Source: Patescibacteria group bacterium (GTDB lineage Bacteria; Patescibacteriota; Microgenomatia; UBA10105; UBA927). From it: DNA of 64,000 nt. Both the position numbers and the translations under genes were made by a program. Every line of letters begins with the position of its first letter. Positions within the stretch are counted from its first letter, which is position 1. The notes beneath the pieces are model-generated. The model had not been told where the DNA came from. It did no database searches and was given only the letters and a program-made list of their open reading frames with translations. The stretch lies in assembly GCA_038063875.1 (NCBI GenBank), contig JBBTUH010000028.1:17046-81045 (forward strand). Direction: 5' to 3'. Of this stretch, positions 9,965-20,100 are shown one piece after another.

Positions 9965-10759
9965 TTGATGAATATACCTGAAGCAACACCTGTTCATCGT
10001 TCATACGAACATCTGCATTTTAATCTCGACGTCCTCAAAATGAGCAAAGAGGAGAAACTCGATTGGCTGGCAAATCATGCCCTCGCTCTGGAGCACAAAT
10101 ATCTTCGCCAAATTCATGGACTTCCCCAAATCGCGCCAGAAGGAAAAATTCAATTTTTGACGGGCGGCAAACTAAAAGACGTAACGAAAGCGATAGATTT
10201 TGACGGCTTTCCGATACATACGCGCTATATCACTAAACCCAAAGATCCCTCACCTAAATTAGGAGAGATACCAGAAGCACTCGGTGAAATTTCAAACTGG
10301 TTTGAAAAATATGCAGAGAACAATGGCAGGCATATCCCTGCTCCATCCAAAATTGCGCCAATGAACGAAATCGGTGATATAATTTTCTGTTTAGCAAACC
10401 TTACCTCGCTTGATAAATCGGCACCCCTTGCATACACCCAATACATGGAAGAAATAGCCAGCTCACTTGGTGTCCCACTAGACAAACTCCTCACCATTAC
10501 GGTACTCAAGTATAATTATCGATTAGGTCAAGGCAAAAGCCAAAAAAATCATCAAATAGAAGACCAAATTCTCGCATCGTTTCTAGAATCTGCCAAAAAT
10601 CCAGATGGATCACCATACATAAGAGAACCAACAAATGAACAGTTGCATTCGACGTTCCATACATTATCAGGAATTGATAATTTGCTCGTCAATCGAGTAC
10701 ACGACTTAAAACAACTCCGTGACTTAGGTATTGCACCGTATACTAATAAATCTTCATAA
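9965..10759 (+). CDS. Hypothetical soluble protein
   Basis: The 264-aa ORF has coding-like composition and no TM helix. The probable ATG is at 9968, immediately downstream of a TTGAAA-17-TATACT promoter (leaderless). No family was recognised. Confidence 0.45.
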   Translation: MMNIPEATPVHRSYEHLHFNLDVLKMSKEEKLDWLANHALALEHKYLRQIHGLPQIAPEGKIQFLTGGKLKDVTKAIDFDGFPIHTRYITKPKDPSPKLGEIPEALGEISNWFEKYAENNGRHIPAPSKIAPMNEIGDIIFCLANLTSLDKSAPLAYTQYMEEIASSLGVPLDKLLTITVLKYNYRLGQGKSQKNHQIEDQILASFLESAKNPDGSPYIREPTNEQLHSTFHTLSGIDNLLVNRVHDLKQLRDLGIAPYTNKSS

Positions 10760-10801
10760 ACTCTTCTGGTCGCCACGCTTTGTATTTCGTATGATAGTCT
10801 C

Positions 10802-12544
10802 ATGAGACTTCCTCTTTTGTTTGCCTTAGCCATTGTTATTCGTCTCCTCCTCATCCCCAATCCGGGGTTTGAAGCAGATATATCATTTTGGAAATCGTGG
10901 GGGCTTGCCACCTACGACAAAGGAATTGTGGAAGGCATGAAGGTGACCAATAACAACTATCCCACCCCTTTTGCCTATACCCTAGGCGGCATGGTGTGGG
11001 TGTATAGCATGTTTCAAGACCCACACATCTTTAATGATTTCTGGAACAACACGAACCTTCTGTTTCTCACGATAAGTAAACTCTTCCCAATCTTGGCTGA
11101 TGTTGGCATTGCCGCCATCATTCTCTATATCGGAAAAAATACCAAAAAACTAGGATTTCCCACTTTGCCTCCTATTGGATATTGGATATTGAGTATTGGA
11201 TATTTGCTAAGTCCCATCTCAATAATAGATGGTTCGGTGTGGGGACAAATAGACAGCGTGGGCGTGTTTATTTTTCTTATTTCTTTACTTTTTATTCTCA
11301 AAAAACAGCCCTTCGTAGGGGGACTTATTTTTATGCTTGCCATGATGACAAAATTACAAAATATGATTTATGGTCCGCTCTTTTTCCTCTTTGCATGGCA
11401 ATATGGTGGCTTCACGTTCGTAATCCAAGCCATTGCAGGAGCACTGGCGGGTTTTCTCGGACTCAATGCCCAATTTTTCCTCACCAAAAATGCTGATCGA
11501 GTACTCGCCTCCCTTACAGAAAATTATGATTATTTCCCGTGGATGAGCCTGAACGCCTATAACCTCTGGTGGATTGTAAGTGGAGCCAAAGGCATGGCGA
11601 CTTCAGATAAATTAAGCGTCATCGGTATGGTGAATGCGAAAACTGTCGGGCTCCTATTATTTTCAGGATTTTATTTGTTCGCGATGCTAAGACAATTTGT
11701 TAAAAACAATCTACAAACATGTATTGAAGGGCTAATTATCATAAACGCTAGCTTCTTTCTTTTTCAAACCCAATCTCACGATAGATATGCATTTCCCCTC
11801 TCGGTCTTTATTCTTCTATTAGCTCCATTTGTAAAAAACAAAAAACTTTTTATACTCTTGTATTCTCTATTTACCGTGTTTTATTTTTATAATCTTCACA
11901 CCGCACTGGTAATAAACTATCCAAATAACGGCATACCCCTTCTCTCTCTTCTCACACAGCCATTTTTTACTATGACAACGTCATATATTTTACTCGGACT
12001 ATTTAGTGTATTTCTTTTTTCTCTCACAAAATTATTTGTATTAGTTCCTATCGTTGTAGTAATTATCCTATCAATTCTCAACCTGCCATTACGTACAAAA
12101 AATCCTATATCTTTAAACAAGATAACACCCTTTGTAAGCGAGCAGCAATATGGCACACGACAGATTGATAAAACGGTCCAAGGCTCGTTTGGTGGACCAA
12201 ATACATGGACACGACTCTCCGTCCAATATGCATTTTATAGACAAGGAATCGGCACACACGCCAACTCCAAATATACCTATAATCTCAATAAAAACTTTTC
12301 TCGCTTTGAAACGGATTTTGGCATAGATACAGAATCGGGAACCAAAGCGTCAGCCATTTTTGAAATATATGGCGATGACACATTATTATTTCGATCAGAA
12401 AAAATGGGTCGATTTGATCTCCCAAAGCATGTCAGTGTCACTGTGGTCGATGTCAAAAATCTTACGCTCATCACGACAGACGCAGGGGACGGCAATACGG
12501 ACGATCATACAGACTGGTTACATCCTAAACTATGGCCAAAATAA
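10802..12544 (+). CDS. GT-C-type membrane glycosyltransferase with C-terminal NPCBM-like carbohydrate-binding domain
   Basis: The N-terminus has about 12 TM helices, with an early loop 'GFEADISFWKSWG' like the PMT/ArnT DE-loop. The C-terminal ~135 aa, '...FEIYGDDTLLFRSEKMG...LTLITTDAGDGNTDDHTDWLHPKLW', matches the NPCBM motif (tDaGdGxdyDHadWadA.L). Confidence 0.5.
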   Translation: MRLPLLFALAIVIRLLLIPNPGFEADISFWKSWGLATYDKGIVEGMKVTNNNYPTPFAYTLGGMVWVYSMFQDPHIFNDFWNNTNLLFLTISKLFPILADVGIAAIILYIGKNTKKLGFPTLPPIGYWILSIGYLLSPISIIDGSVWGQIDSVGVFIFLISLLFILKKQPFVGGLIFMLAMMTKLQNMIYGPLFFLFAWQYGGFTFVIQAIAGALAGFLGLNAQFFLTKNADRVLASLTENYDYFPWMSLNAYNLWWIVSGAKGMATSDKLSVIGMVNAKTVGLLLFSGFYLFAMLRQFVKNNLQTCIEGLIIINASFFLFQTQSHDRYAFPLSVFILLLAPFVKNKKLFILLYSLFTVFYFYNLHTALVINYPNNGIPLLSLLTQPFFTMTTSYILLGLFSVFLFSLTKLFVLVPIVVVIILSILNLPLRTKNPISLNKITPFVSEQQYGTRQIDKTVQGSFGGPNTWTRLSVQYAFYRQGIGTHANSKYTYNLNKNFSRFETDFGIDTESGTKASAIFEIYGDDTLLFRSEKMGRFDLPKHVSVTVVDVKNLTLITTDAGDGNTDDHTDWLHPKLWPK

Positions 12545-14667
12545 TCGGCATTACTTTTCTCCTTTTTGCTATTGGGTTTAATCTGTGGACGTACCGCATG
12601 GAACCTACGGCAAAAACAGATCCAAACGACAATACGTTTCAATACGCGCTCGTTGATAGAACAAACCAAATATGGGACTTCGCACTCAGCACTCGGAACT
12701 TTCTACTTCTTTTTGACCACTGGGTACCCAATTGGGCGCAAGGATACAACCTCCCCTACTACTACTCTCACATCCCACAAATAATAATTGTTGCCTCTTG
12801 GCGCATTTTTTACTTTGGATCGCTTTTTCAATATTATCACTATGTGATCTATCTCTTGCTTTGTCTTTTTCCTTTATCTCTTTTTGTCGCACTTCGTATC
12901 ATCGGACTTTCTTGGATTTCCGCAGGACTTGGCGCACTTATTGCTTCGCATCTTTCCACCGACGGATTATATGGACTAGATCCTGCATCATTTCTCTGGC
13001 GAGGATATGGTCTCTCAAGTCAGCTCTTTGCCATGATCTGGCTACCTCTTGTATTAGCATATGCATTTCGTGGGAAAATAAAGCCAACGATTCTTACGCT
13101 TGCGCTCACAACTGCCGGCCATCTTGGAATTGGTATCATTGCATTTTTTAGTGTTGCCATTGTTGGCTTCAAACACATAAAAAAACTTCCAATAATTTAC
13201 GGTGGCGTTCTACTTCTTCTTGGGTATTGGATTATTCCAATTCTTAAAGATAGTGCGTACCACAATATCTCTGTCTGGGATCCTATTTGGAAATTTGACT
13301 CGTACGGCTATCGTGAGGTGTTGAAAAATCTCTTCAACGGCGATCTGTTTGATTTTGGTCGCCTCCCCGTTCTTACGTTACTCGTATTCATCGGCATATT
13401 TGTTTCATTGTTGAGTATTGAGCATTGGTCATTGGGTATTCTTTTTCTCTTCTGGCTTTTATTTTACTTTGGTCGTACCACATGGGGCGGACTCATTAAC
13501 CTTATCCCAAGTATGGAAGAATTCCATCTCTCGCGCTTCATCGTCGGTGTTCACATCGCAGGATTATTTTTAATACCAATAGGTTTTGAGTGGATCATAA
13601 AAAAATTCCGTCCAGCAACACTATTAATCGTATGTATTGGATTATTGGTTTATCCTCAAACTCTCCGTTATAGCGCTCACAATGACTTCCTCATCAAACG
13701 GGCGAATACAAACGCATCCAAGGTCGAATCCGATACTGCAGCGTTACTCGAGACTCTACGCTCTACACTTTCTACTAACCCTGGTCGTGTCTACTTTGGC
13801 CGCGGTGGTGGATGGGGCAAAGACTTTCGTGTGGCAGAAACACCGATGTATCTTTACATGTCTACCTTTGGCATACCGACACTGACATGGCTTCCAGAGA
13901 CATGGTCACCCAATTCAGACACAGAGCAGTATTTTTCTGAAAATATGATCAATCACTATACACTCTACAACGTGCGCTATGTCGTGACCCCTATCGATCT
14001 TCCGCAAGACAAAATCCAACCCTTTTGGAAGCTTCTCACCGCCTCAAAGACATGGAGAATCTATACAGTCGACACTGAGGGATATATTACAGCAGGATTT
14101 CGCCCAACGATTGTCAGTACGGACAAACAATCATTTCGAAATGTCGTACGACTTTGGATTCAGTCAGACAACACACATGCCAAAAATCTCTATCCTCAAC
14201 TGACATTTGACACAAACTATCCCAAGAATTCTGGATTACCCAACTTTCGCATGATAGACGAGGTGACGTACAAAGTGCCAGATGGATCCACCCATAACCT
14301 TTTTGCAGAAGCCCCCATATATCAATCACCAATCACCAATACCCAAATCCCAACAATTCTTTCTCAATCCAATGATAACGACATGATTTTTAAAGCCACG
14401 ATTGATGTTCCAGAGAACTGTACTGAATGTATCGTCATTTTGCACCAGACGTATCACCCATCGTGGAAGGCAACCATCGATGGAAAACTCGTCGAAACGC
14501 TTATCGTTTTCCCTTTCTACACCGCAGTAAAAGTGGATTCAGGAAAACATGAATTGGTATTCTCATATCGCCCCTCGGGGATAAAAATAGTACTACTTAT
14601 GATTTCTCTGATAACTTTAGGTTCTCTCCTGTACCTTTGCAGACGGGCACTCTTTTCACATACTTGA
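12532..14667 (+). CDS. Large polytopic membrane protein, GT-C/YfhO-like, with C-terminal extracytoplasmic domain and terminal TM
   Basis: The 711-aa protein has about 13 N-terminal TM helices, then a ~350-aa soluble domain and a final TM (IVLLMISLITLGSLLYL). The start overlaps the previous GT-C gene by 13 bp. Confidence 0.45.
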   Translation: MAKIIGITFLLFAIGFNLWTYRMEPTAKTDPNDNTFQYALVDRTNQIWDFALSTRNFLLLFDHWVPNWAQGYNLPYYYSHIPQIIIVASWRIFYFGSLFQYYHYVIYLLLCLFPLSLFVALRIIGLSWISAGLGALIASHLSTDGLYGLDPASFLWRGYGLSSQLFAMIWLPLVLAYAFRGKIKPTILTLALTTAGHLGIGIIAFFSVAIVGFKHIKKLPIIYGGVLLLLGYWIIPILKDSAYHNISVWDPIWKFDSYGYREVLKNLFNGDLFDFGRLPVLTLLVFIGIFVSLLSIEHWSLGILFLFWLLFYFGRTTWGGLINLIPSMEEFHLSRFIVGVHIAGLFLIPIGFEWIIKKFRPATLLIVCIGLLVYPQTLRYSAHNDFLIKRANTNASKVESDTAALLETLRSTLSTNPGRVYFGRGGGWGKDFRVAETPMYLYMSTFGIPTLTWLPETWSPNSDTEQYFSENMINHYTLYNVRYVVTPIDLPQDKIQPFWKLLTASKTWRIYTVDTEGYITAGFRPTIVSTDKQSFRNVVRLWIQSDNTHAKNLYPQLTFDTNYPKNSGLPNFRMIDEVTYKVPDGSTHNLFAEAPIYQSPITNTQIPTILSQSNDNDMIFKATIDVPENCTECIVILHQTYHPSWKATIDGKLVETLIVFPFYTAVKVDSGKHELVFSYRPSGIKIVLLMISLITLGSLLYLCRRALFSHT

Positions 14668-14684
14668 CAAAATAAGTATATATT

Positions 14685-15869
14685 TTGTATACTATGATTA
14701 TGAAATATATCCATCGTAGCTTGGAATCACAGGTGATCTCCATACTCTCATCTGGAAAAGTTCTCGTGCTTGTTGGTGCTCGACAAGTGGGGAAAACGAC
14801 GCTTATTCAAAATATAGTGAAAGACACGCGTCACACATTTCTCAATATGGATCGCACCATAGATGCAAATCGCCTCCATACTGCAAGCCTCCTGTCGCCT
14901 GAAGAAGCGATGCGAACACTTGGAAATCCTAACACTCTGGTCATAGACGAAGCGCAACGCATCCCCCAAGTAGGACGGATCGTCAAAGGCTGGTTTGATA
15001 GCAATATACAGTGCAAAATCATCCTTCTTGGCTCATCTTCACTGCAACTTCTTGATCATACGGCGGAACCGCTCACCGGCAGAAATCTCAAATGTATACT
15101 TCCCCCACTCTCTATAAAAGAAGCGCTGACGACGCAATCATGGTTTGATACACACATTCCCACCTCGATTACTACAAAAACCTATCACGCCCAGTTGCAC
15201 GATTTTCTTCTCCAACGCATGACCTACGGCAGCTATCCTGAATCGGTACAACACACCTCACCCACTGCATATCTTCACAACCTCGTAGAGGACTATCTTT
15301 TCAAAGATATTTATAGCCTCGGACTCACGCGTTCGCCGCAAACCCTCCAAAAACTTGTACAATTACTCGCATTACAAATTGGCTCGGAAGTCTCTATCAA
15401 CGAACTTTCTTCATCGCTTGGAATTTCTCGCACCACTGTGGAACGATATTTGGACCTACTGGAACAAACATTTGTTATTTTTCGTATCCGACCATACTTT
15501 ACCAATGCTCGAAAAGAACTCATAAAAAATTATAAAATCTATTTTTGGGATACCGGTGTACGAAACGCCATCATAGGCCAACTCGAACCAAGAGAAGATA
15601 GGGTTGATATAGGCCCTCTATGGGAAAATTGGGTGTTTTCAGAATGGAAGAAAAAGCTAAGTAACGCACAGCGACCCACCTCTCTTCATTTTTGGCGCAC
15701 AAGGCAGGGTTCTGAGGTAGATATGGTAATCAAACAAGAATCAAAACTTACCGCATTTGAATGCAAATGGTCGACGAAAAAAGATACGCGTAAAAGTCTC
15801 TTTTCCTCTGACTATGGTGTCCCCGTCACTCCTATGAATCCTGAAACGATTTGGGCGCATCTTTTGTGA
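14685..15869 (+). CDS. AAA+ ATPase of the AAA_14/DUF4143 family
   Basis: Walker A is 'LVLVGARQVGKTTL' and Walker B is 'TLVIDEAQR'. The C-terminal region, with 'WENWVFSEW' and 'HFWRTRQGSEVDMV', is typical of DUF4143 ATP-binding proteins. Confidence 0.7.
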   Translation: MYTMIMKYIHRSLESQVISILSSGKVLVLVGARQVGKTTLIQNIVKDTRHTFLNMDRTIDANRLHTASLLSPEEAMRTLGNPNTLVIDEAQRIPQVGRIVKGWFDSNIQCKIILLGSSSLQLLDHTAEPLTGRNLKCILPPLSIKEALTTQSWFDTHIPTSITTKTYHAQLHDFLLQRMTYGSYPESVQHTSPTAYLHNLVEDYLFKDIYSLGLTRSPQTLQKLVQLLALQIGSEVSINELSSSLGISRTTVERYLDLLEQTFVIFRIRPYFTNARKELIKNYKIYFWDTGVRNAIIGQLEPREDRVDIGPLWENWVFSEWKKKLSNAQRPTSLHFWRTRQGSEVDMVIKQESKLTAFECKWSTKKDTRKSLFSSDYGVPVTPMNPETIWAHLL

Positions 15870-15962
15870 TGTATACTAATTCCCCGAACACCCACCTTCG
15901 GGCAAATATGAAATAATCCCTTTATTCTTGTATTAATTTCAAGCAGTACTTATACTACAATC

Positions 15963-16283
15963 ATGAACCACTCTATTCCCAAAGACGTCCAAATGATTGT
16001 TGATCAAATCATAACTAACTATAAACCACAAAAAATAGTTCTTTTTGGCTCACACGCTGAGGGACATGCGACGAAAGATAGCGACTATGATCTTTTCATG
16101 ATCAAAAACACTTCTGGAACTATATCCAAACGTCAATACGACGTATGGAAATCTATCGATAACTGGAGCATACCCTTTGATTTTATTGTCTATACCCCAG
16201 AAGAAGTCAAACAAGCAACTATTGATAAAAGTTGGTTTCTCAATCAAATAGAAACGAAAGGAAAAGTATTGTATGCCAATTAA
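15963..16283 (+). CDS. Minimal nucleotidyltransferase (Pol-beta superfamily, MNT-type)
   Basis: The motif 'KIVLFGSHAEGHATKDSDYDLFMI' has the form G[SG]x9-13DxD. The 106-aa size is typical of MNT antitoxin-like NTases. No HEPN partner was seen. Confidence 0.65.
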   Translation: MNHSIPKDVQMIVDQIITNYKPQKIVLFGSHAEGHATKDSDYDLFMIKNTSGTISKRQYDVWKSIDNWSIPFDFIVYTPEEVKQATIDKSWFLNQIETKGKVLYAN

Positions 16284-16350
16284 CGCCCAGCGTTGGCTCG
16301 ACAAAGCCACCACCTGCTGGCAGACTTAGGACGAGGACTGCGCCTTGAAT

Positions 16351-16746
16351 CTATGTTTTGCGTATCGCGTGAGGATAAAACGTATCAAAGGAAAGGATGC
16401 CATCAAGACCATATTTCTCTATCACCGCAAGATTGGCACAATCGACAAAGGAACATCCTTTTTTAGTTTGTTTGAGAAAAAGCTCCCATGCTGCGTTTTC
16501 TAGCGCTTCTTCAAGATGAATTTTTATCAGATCTAAATTCGGATATTCATTATAAAATCGTCTTACATCATCCATATCAACCTTATGGCTTAGTACTGTT
16601 CCAACCTCTTGAAGCACATGACCTAAACAATAGAGTGTACCGTTGTCATTTTTTACTTTTTGATATATCGTGTTGGATCGCTTGTGATGAGGATCATGAG
16701 GCACAAATAGTCCAAATAAAAAGTCTGAATCTACGAGTAATTTCAT
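16351..16746 (-). CDS. vapC: PIN-domain ribonuclease toxin (VapC-like)
   Basis: 'LLVDSDFLFGL' supplies the first Asp, and '..SFVDCANLAVIEKYGLDGILSFD' supplies the distal acidic residues of PIN. The gene is coupled to the upstream RHH gene. Confidence 0.7.
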   Translation of the reverse strand: MKLLVDSDFLFGLFVPHDPHHKRSNTIYQKVKNDNGTLYCLGHVLQEVGTVLSHKVDMDDVRRFYNEYPNLDLIKIHLEEALENAAWELFLKQTKKGCSFVDCANLAVIEKYGLDGILSFDTFYPHAIRKT

Positions 16747-16991
16747 ATTGCATACTTTTCGTAATATTCATGAAATACATCCACAGCATTTGTCTTAACT
16801 TTCGCTTTGCAGGCCCCAATAAATCCTTTTCCCCACACTTTCTTTCTCTTTGTTAGTACAGTAATATCTTTTTTCAACACCTCCCTAGCTCCCTCACGAA
16901 GAAGCTCGGAAATATTCTTTTTGCTTGTGGCTGCCAAGAGTGTCAAGTCTCTATGGAGATCATCTGGTATATATACTTGCGTTCGTATCAT
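16743..16991 (-). CDS. Ribbon-helix-helix (CopG/Arc-type) antitoxin
   Basis: 'TQVYIPDDLHRDLTLLAATSKKNISELLREGAREVL' is a canonical RHH β-strand plus two helices. The 4-bp overlap with the PIN gene marks a classic type II TA operon. Confidence 0.6.
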   Translation of the reverse strand: MIRTQVYIPDDLHRDLTLLAATSKKNISELLREGAREVLKKDITVLTKRKKVWGKGFIGACKAKVKTNAVDVFHEYYEKYAI

Positions 16992-17000
16992 ATAGGCCCA

Positions 17001-17037
17001 TTGTATGTTGTATGTTGTATGTTGTCAACATACACAT
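17001..17037. repeat. Tandem (TTGTATG)x3 direct repeat followed by a near-palindrome; candidate RHH-antitoxin operator
   Basis: The sequence is ttgtatg ttgtatg ttgtatg ttgtcaacatacaca. Its last part forms an imperfect inverted repeat (tgtatgttg / caacataca). It is located 10-46 bp upstream of the RHH-PIN operon start (16991, minus strand). Confidence 0.4.
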
Positions 17038-17125
17038 ATCCGTCCCCCACTGTAAATATCTATTCGACCACACTTGGGGCACGGACACCGAGTGGCTTGT
17101 CATTTTTCATCACGTATAAGCTGCT

Positions 17126-20100
17126 TCATATGTAATGATTCTGTAATCCTGTCAATACATTATTTTTAAATCGGCTCTTCCCTTTGTTCATGTCACGTAT
17201 CACAGCATGTGTTTTGGTGACCGAACTCTCGATAGTGACTAGTTGCTGCGACCATCTATATACTTCAGGTTGTGGCAGTTTTATTTCGTCATTTTCTTCT
17301 AGATTATTACGATTTTTTTGAAATATATTTCTTACTGCGTTAAATAACTCTATCCCCGCTTCTTTCACTTGCGTCACTGCGGGTGAATTGCCTGTCATTT
17401 TTCCTCCGACTACTCCTAGTAGAAACTTCCCGACACGATAGACAAGGTATCCAATCCGGATAGGTGTCTGAATCACGAAAGATATCGCATTTGATACCGC
17501 TGATTGTGTAATAGCGGCAGGTGCCATAACCAATGGGTTTATCTGCGCGCCAAATGCATTGCCCACCATTTGCGCCAAACTATTGATGATAAGAAACGCG
17601 ACGGTTTTACTGGTTGCCGCACGAAGCATTAAATGTCCGACTGGTGTCAATGGCGATGTCACGGCATCGGTAAGTGGCGCAACAGAAAGATTGAAAGGCA
17701 ACGCAAACGCTTCCTCTGTATCTAAAGTATTCCATAATCGTCTCACCGGTACAAAGCGCAATATTTTCTGTTGTGGGGTTGTGGCTTCAAAGACTGGCAC
17801 AGTCTTTTTACCCTGCAACGTCAGAACCGATATGTCACTTACACGATGAATTTCATATCCCTTTGCCTGTAATTGCTCGATCGTTGTTTCTGAAAACAGT
17901 GTCGCGTGGGTAATAGATCTCCACAAAAATGATTGCACTATGTCTACGGGGAGATGGATAAGGTCAGACACAAGAAATACACCAGTTATCACGCGGGCTA
18001 CCACCTGATCATTCTGTTGTAGGTAGGTAATAATTTCTGAAAGAGTAATGGGGTCAACAATACTTGCACCTACAGATTGAAGCATTACGGGTGTTTGCAT
18101 CAAAAAATGAAATATCTCCGGGCCATAAGCATATAAAGATGCTCCAGTAGAAACTATCCCAAGTCCACCCAATAACCAAAATGGCGTTTTCATTTGTGAT
18201 ATATTTTGTAACAAATTTTCATATTTTGCATTTTTCTTTAGATTTGTGACGATGAGTTCTGGTAATTTGTTTTCTTCTGTGATACTAAACCGTCTCGGGC
18301 CCTGTGGCCCTGTAAACAAATTCTGAGGTTTTTTTCCATTGAAAAATGTTTGTATCTGAATCACGAGGCTAGGACGAAGAGTTTCGAGGAGTTGCTGCGC
18401 ATTTACGTTAGGACTATTCGTAAGAAGTGCCTGATACTCTTTCGTTCCCTCAACAGCTGCCACCCAATCATCTATAGTGATTGGTTTCCCATCCAACTCT
18501 TTCTCCAACGCAGGGCGCAAGGACTCAATAAAATCCGCAGTCACAACAGATGTGATATTTTTCACACGAGCTTCCCTTATTTTCTGCGCCTTCACCTCCG
18601 CTTCCTCAAGTGACATGTCAGGATTTAACACAGGTAGCCCAGTATCGGCATACGATAAATACGTAAAGTCATATGATCCTGCCCGAAGCAGTTGCAACGA
18701 CTGTGTTAATTCATCAAATCCGTATGTTTGTAGCATTGCAGAAAAATCGTCATTGTTTTGTTGTTGTCCAATGTCCATTGATACAATTATCCGCTGTACC
18801 ACCTTCATCACAGATTCTGGATTCTGCGATAAAATAGAATCATCCAAAAGCGCTTCAGAATCAATTTCTTTTTGAATATCACGAAGAATTTGCCGTCTAA
18901 AGTGAGACAATCCTCCATTTATTCTCCTTAATTGTGCATCAAAACTATTGACGTAATAATACTTCGCTTCATCAGATAAAAGCTTCACTTCAGACTCTGA
19001 AAGTGATGTACGAATACTATTCGTAGACCATGTTTTTACTTTAGACATATCCCCACGAAATAAACGGCGCTGGAGAGCTACCATAAAATCTTCTGAAGAC
19101 CGTCCATTTCCATCCGGTTTTATATGAAGAAAGTCTGCGATGCTTGACGCCACAAGAGTAAACTCATAAATTTCAGTATCTGAAAATTTTTCGCCATTTG
19201 ATGATTGTTCAAGTACATGGTCAATCTGTGAAAACAACACTTTTGCCAACGGAGAAACGACAGAAAATGGCACAGTAAGTAAAGATGGTCCATTTGAATC
19301 ATCTTCTCCACGAATCATTGTTCCTGCAATATTTTTTACTCTTTCACTTCCAAATAAAAATGACCCATTATCAATTCCATCGGCAGTAAACCAATTTGTT
19401 CTGTCTGCGACAAACCAAATCCAATCAAGGTCTATATTTGGATTTATATACGCAACAACTCGTTCAAGCGGTGTGGCACCCGTCTCGATTGATGCTATCG
19501 TATGAAACATCGTCCTACTGTCCACCGTGTCAAATACCCCATCATCAATAGCATGCCTCACAATATTCGTTCGATCCATAAAGAACGCAAGACCATGACG
19601 CGCAGAATCAGCCTGAAGTAATGTTGAAAAATCCGGATAATCTTCTGTTAAAATATCCGACATTCTCCGCCCAAACATATCATTTGTTATCGATTGAGGT
19701 AAATATCTATCAAGTTTTTTTAAAACAACACTCTGTTCTCCTACCCCCAGACTAGACGATGATGGCACCACATTCAAATTTTTTGGAAATATAAATGGGA
19801 ATACTTTACGCAATTGTTGTCCTGCCCGCACTGTTTTCTGCATCCACAACAAAGCTGAAGGGTAGCGATCAAGATTGAAATTTTTAATCACTCGTCCAAA
19901 TGCGGTACAGCCCGATGTTGCCCCCAAAACGTCTCCATCTTGAGAAAAATCCGCCGCATATACTCGTGATATACTAAAAAGCGGTGTGGGGGTACTCGAG
20001 TAGGAAATCTGTGTTATAGTAGCACTTGGATGATAAGCCAGATTTGACTCTACTCTTGTAGAATCTCCAAAGTCCCCGCGAGGGGATTTTTTGGTGGTAT

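Noticed and set aside
12732-13151. 139-aa plus-strand ORF inside the 12532..14667 membrane protein
   Set aside because: It is an alternative frame of the same strand within a long coherent TM-protein frame, with Cys/Ser-rich low complexity.
16050-16313. 87-aa minus-strand ORF overlapping the nucleotidyltransferase gene
   Set aside because: It overlaps a frame with the conserved GSx..DxD NTase motif. No features support it.
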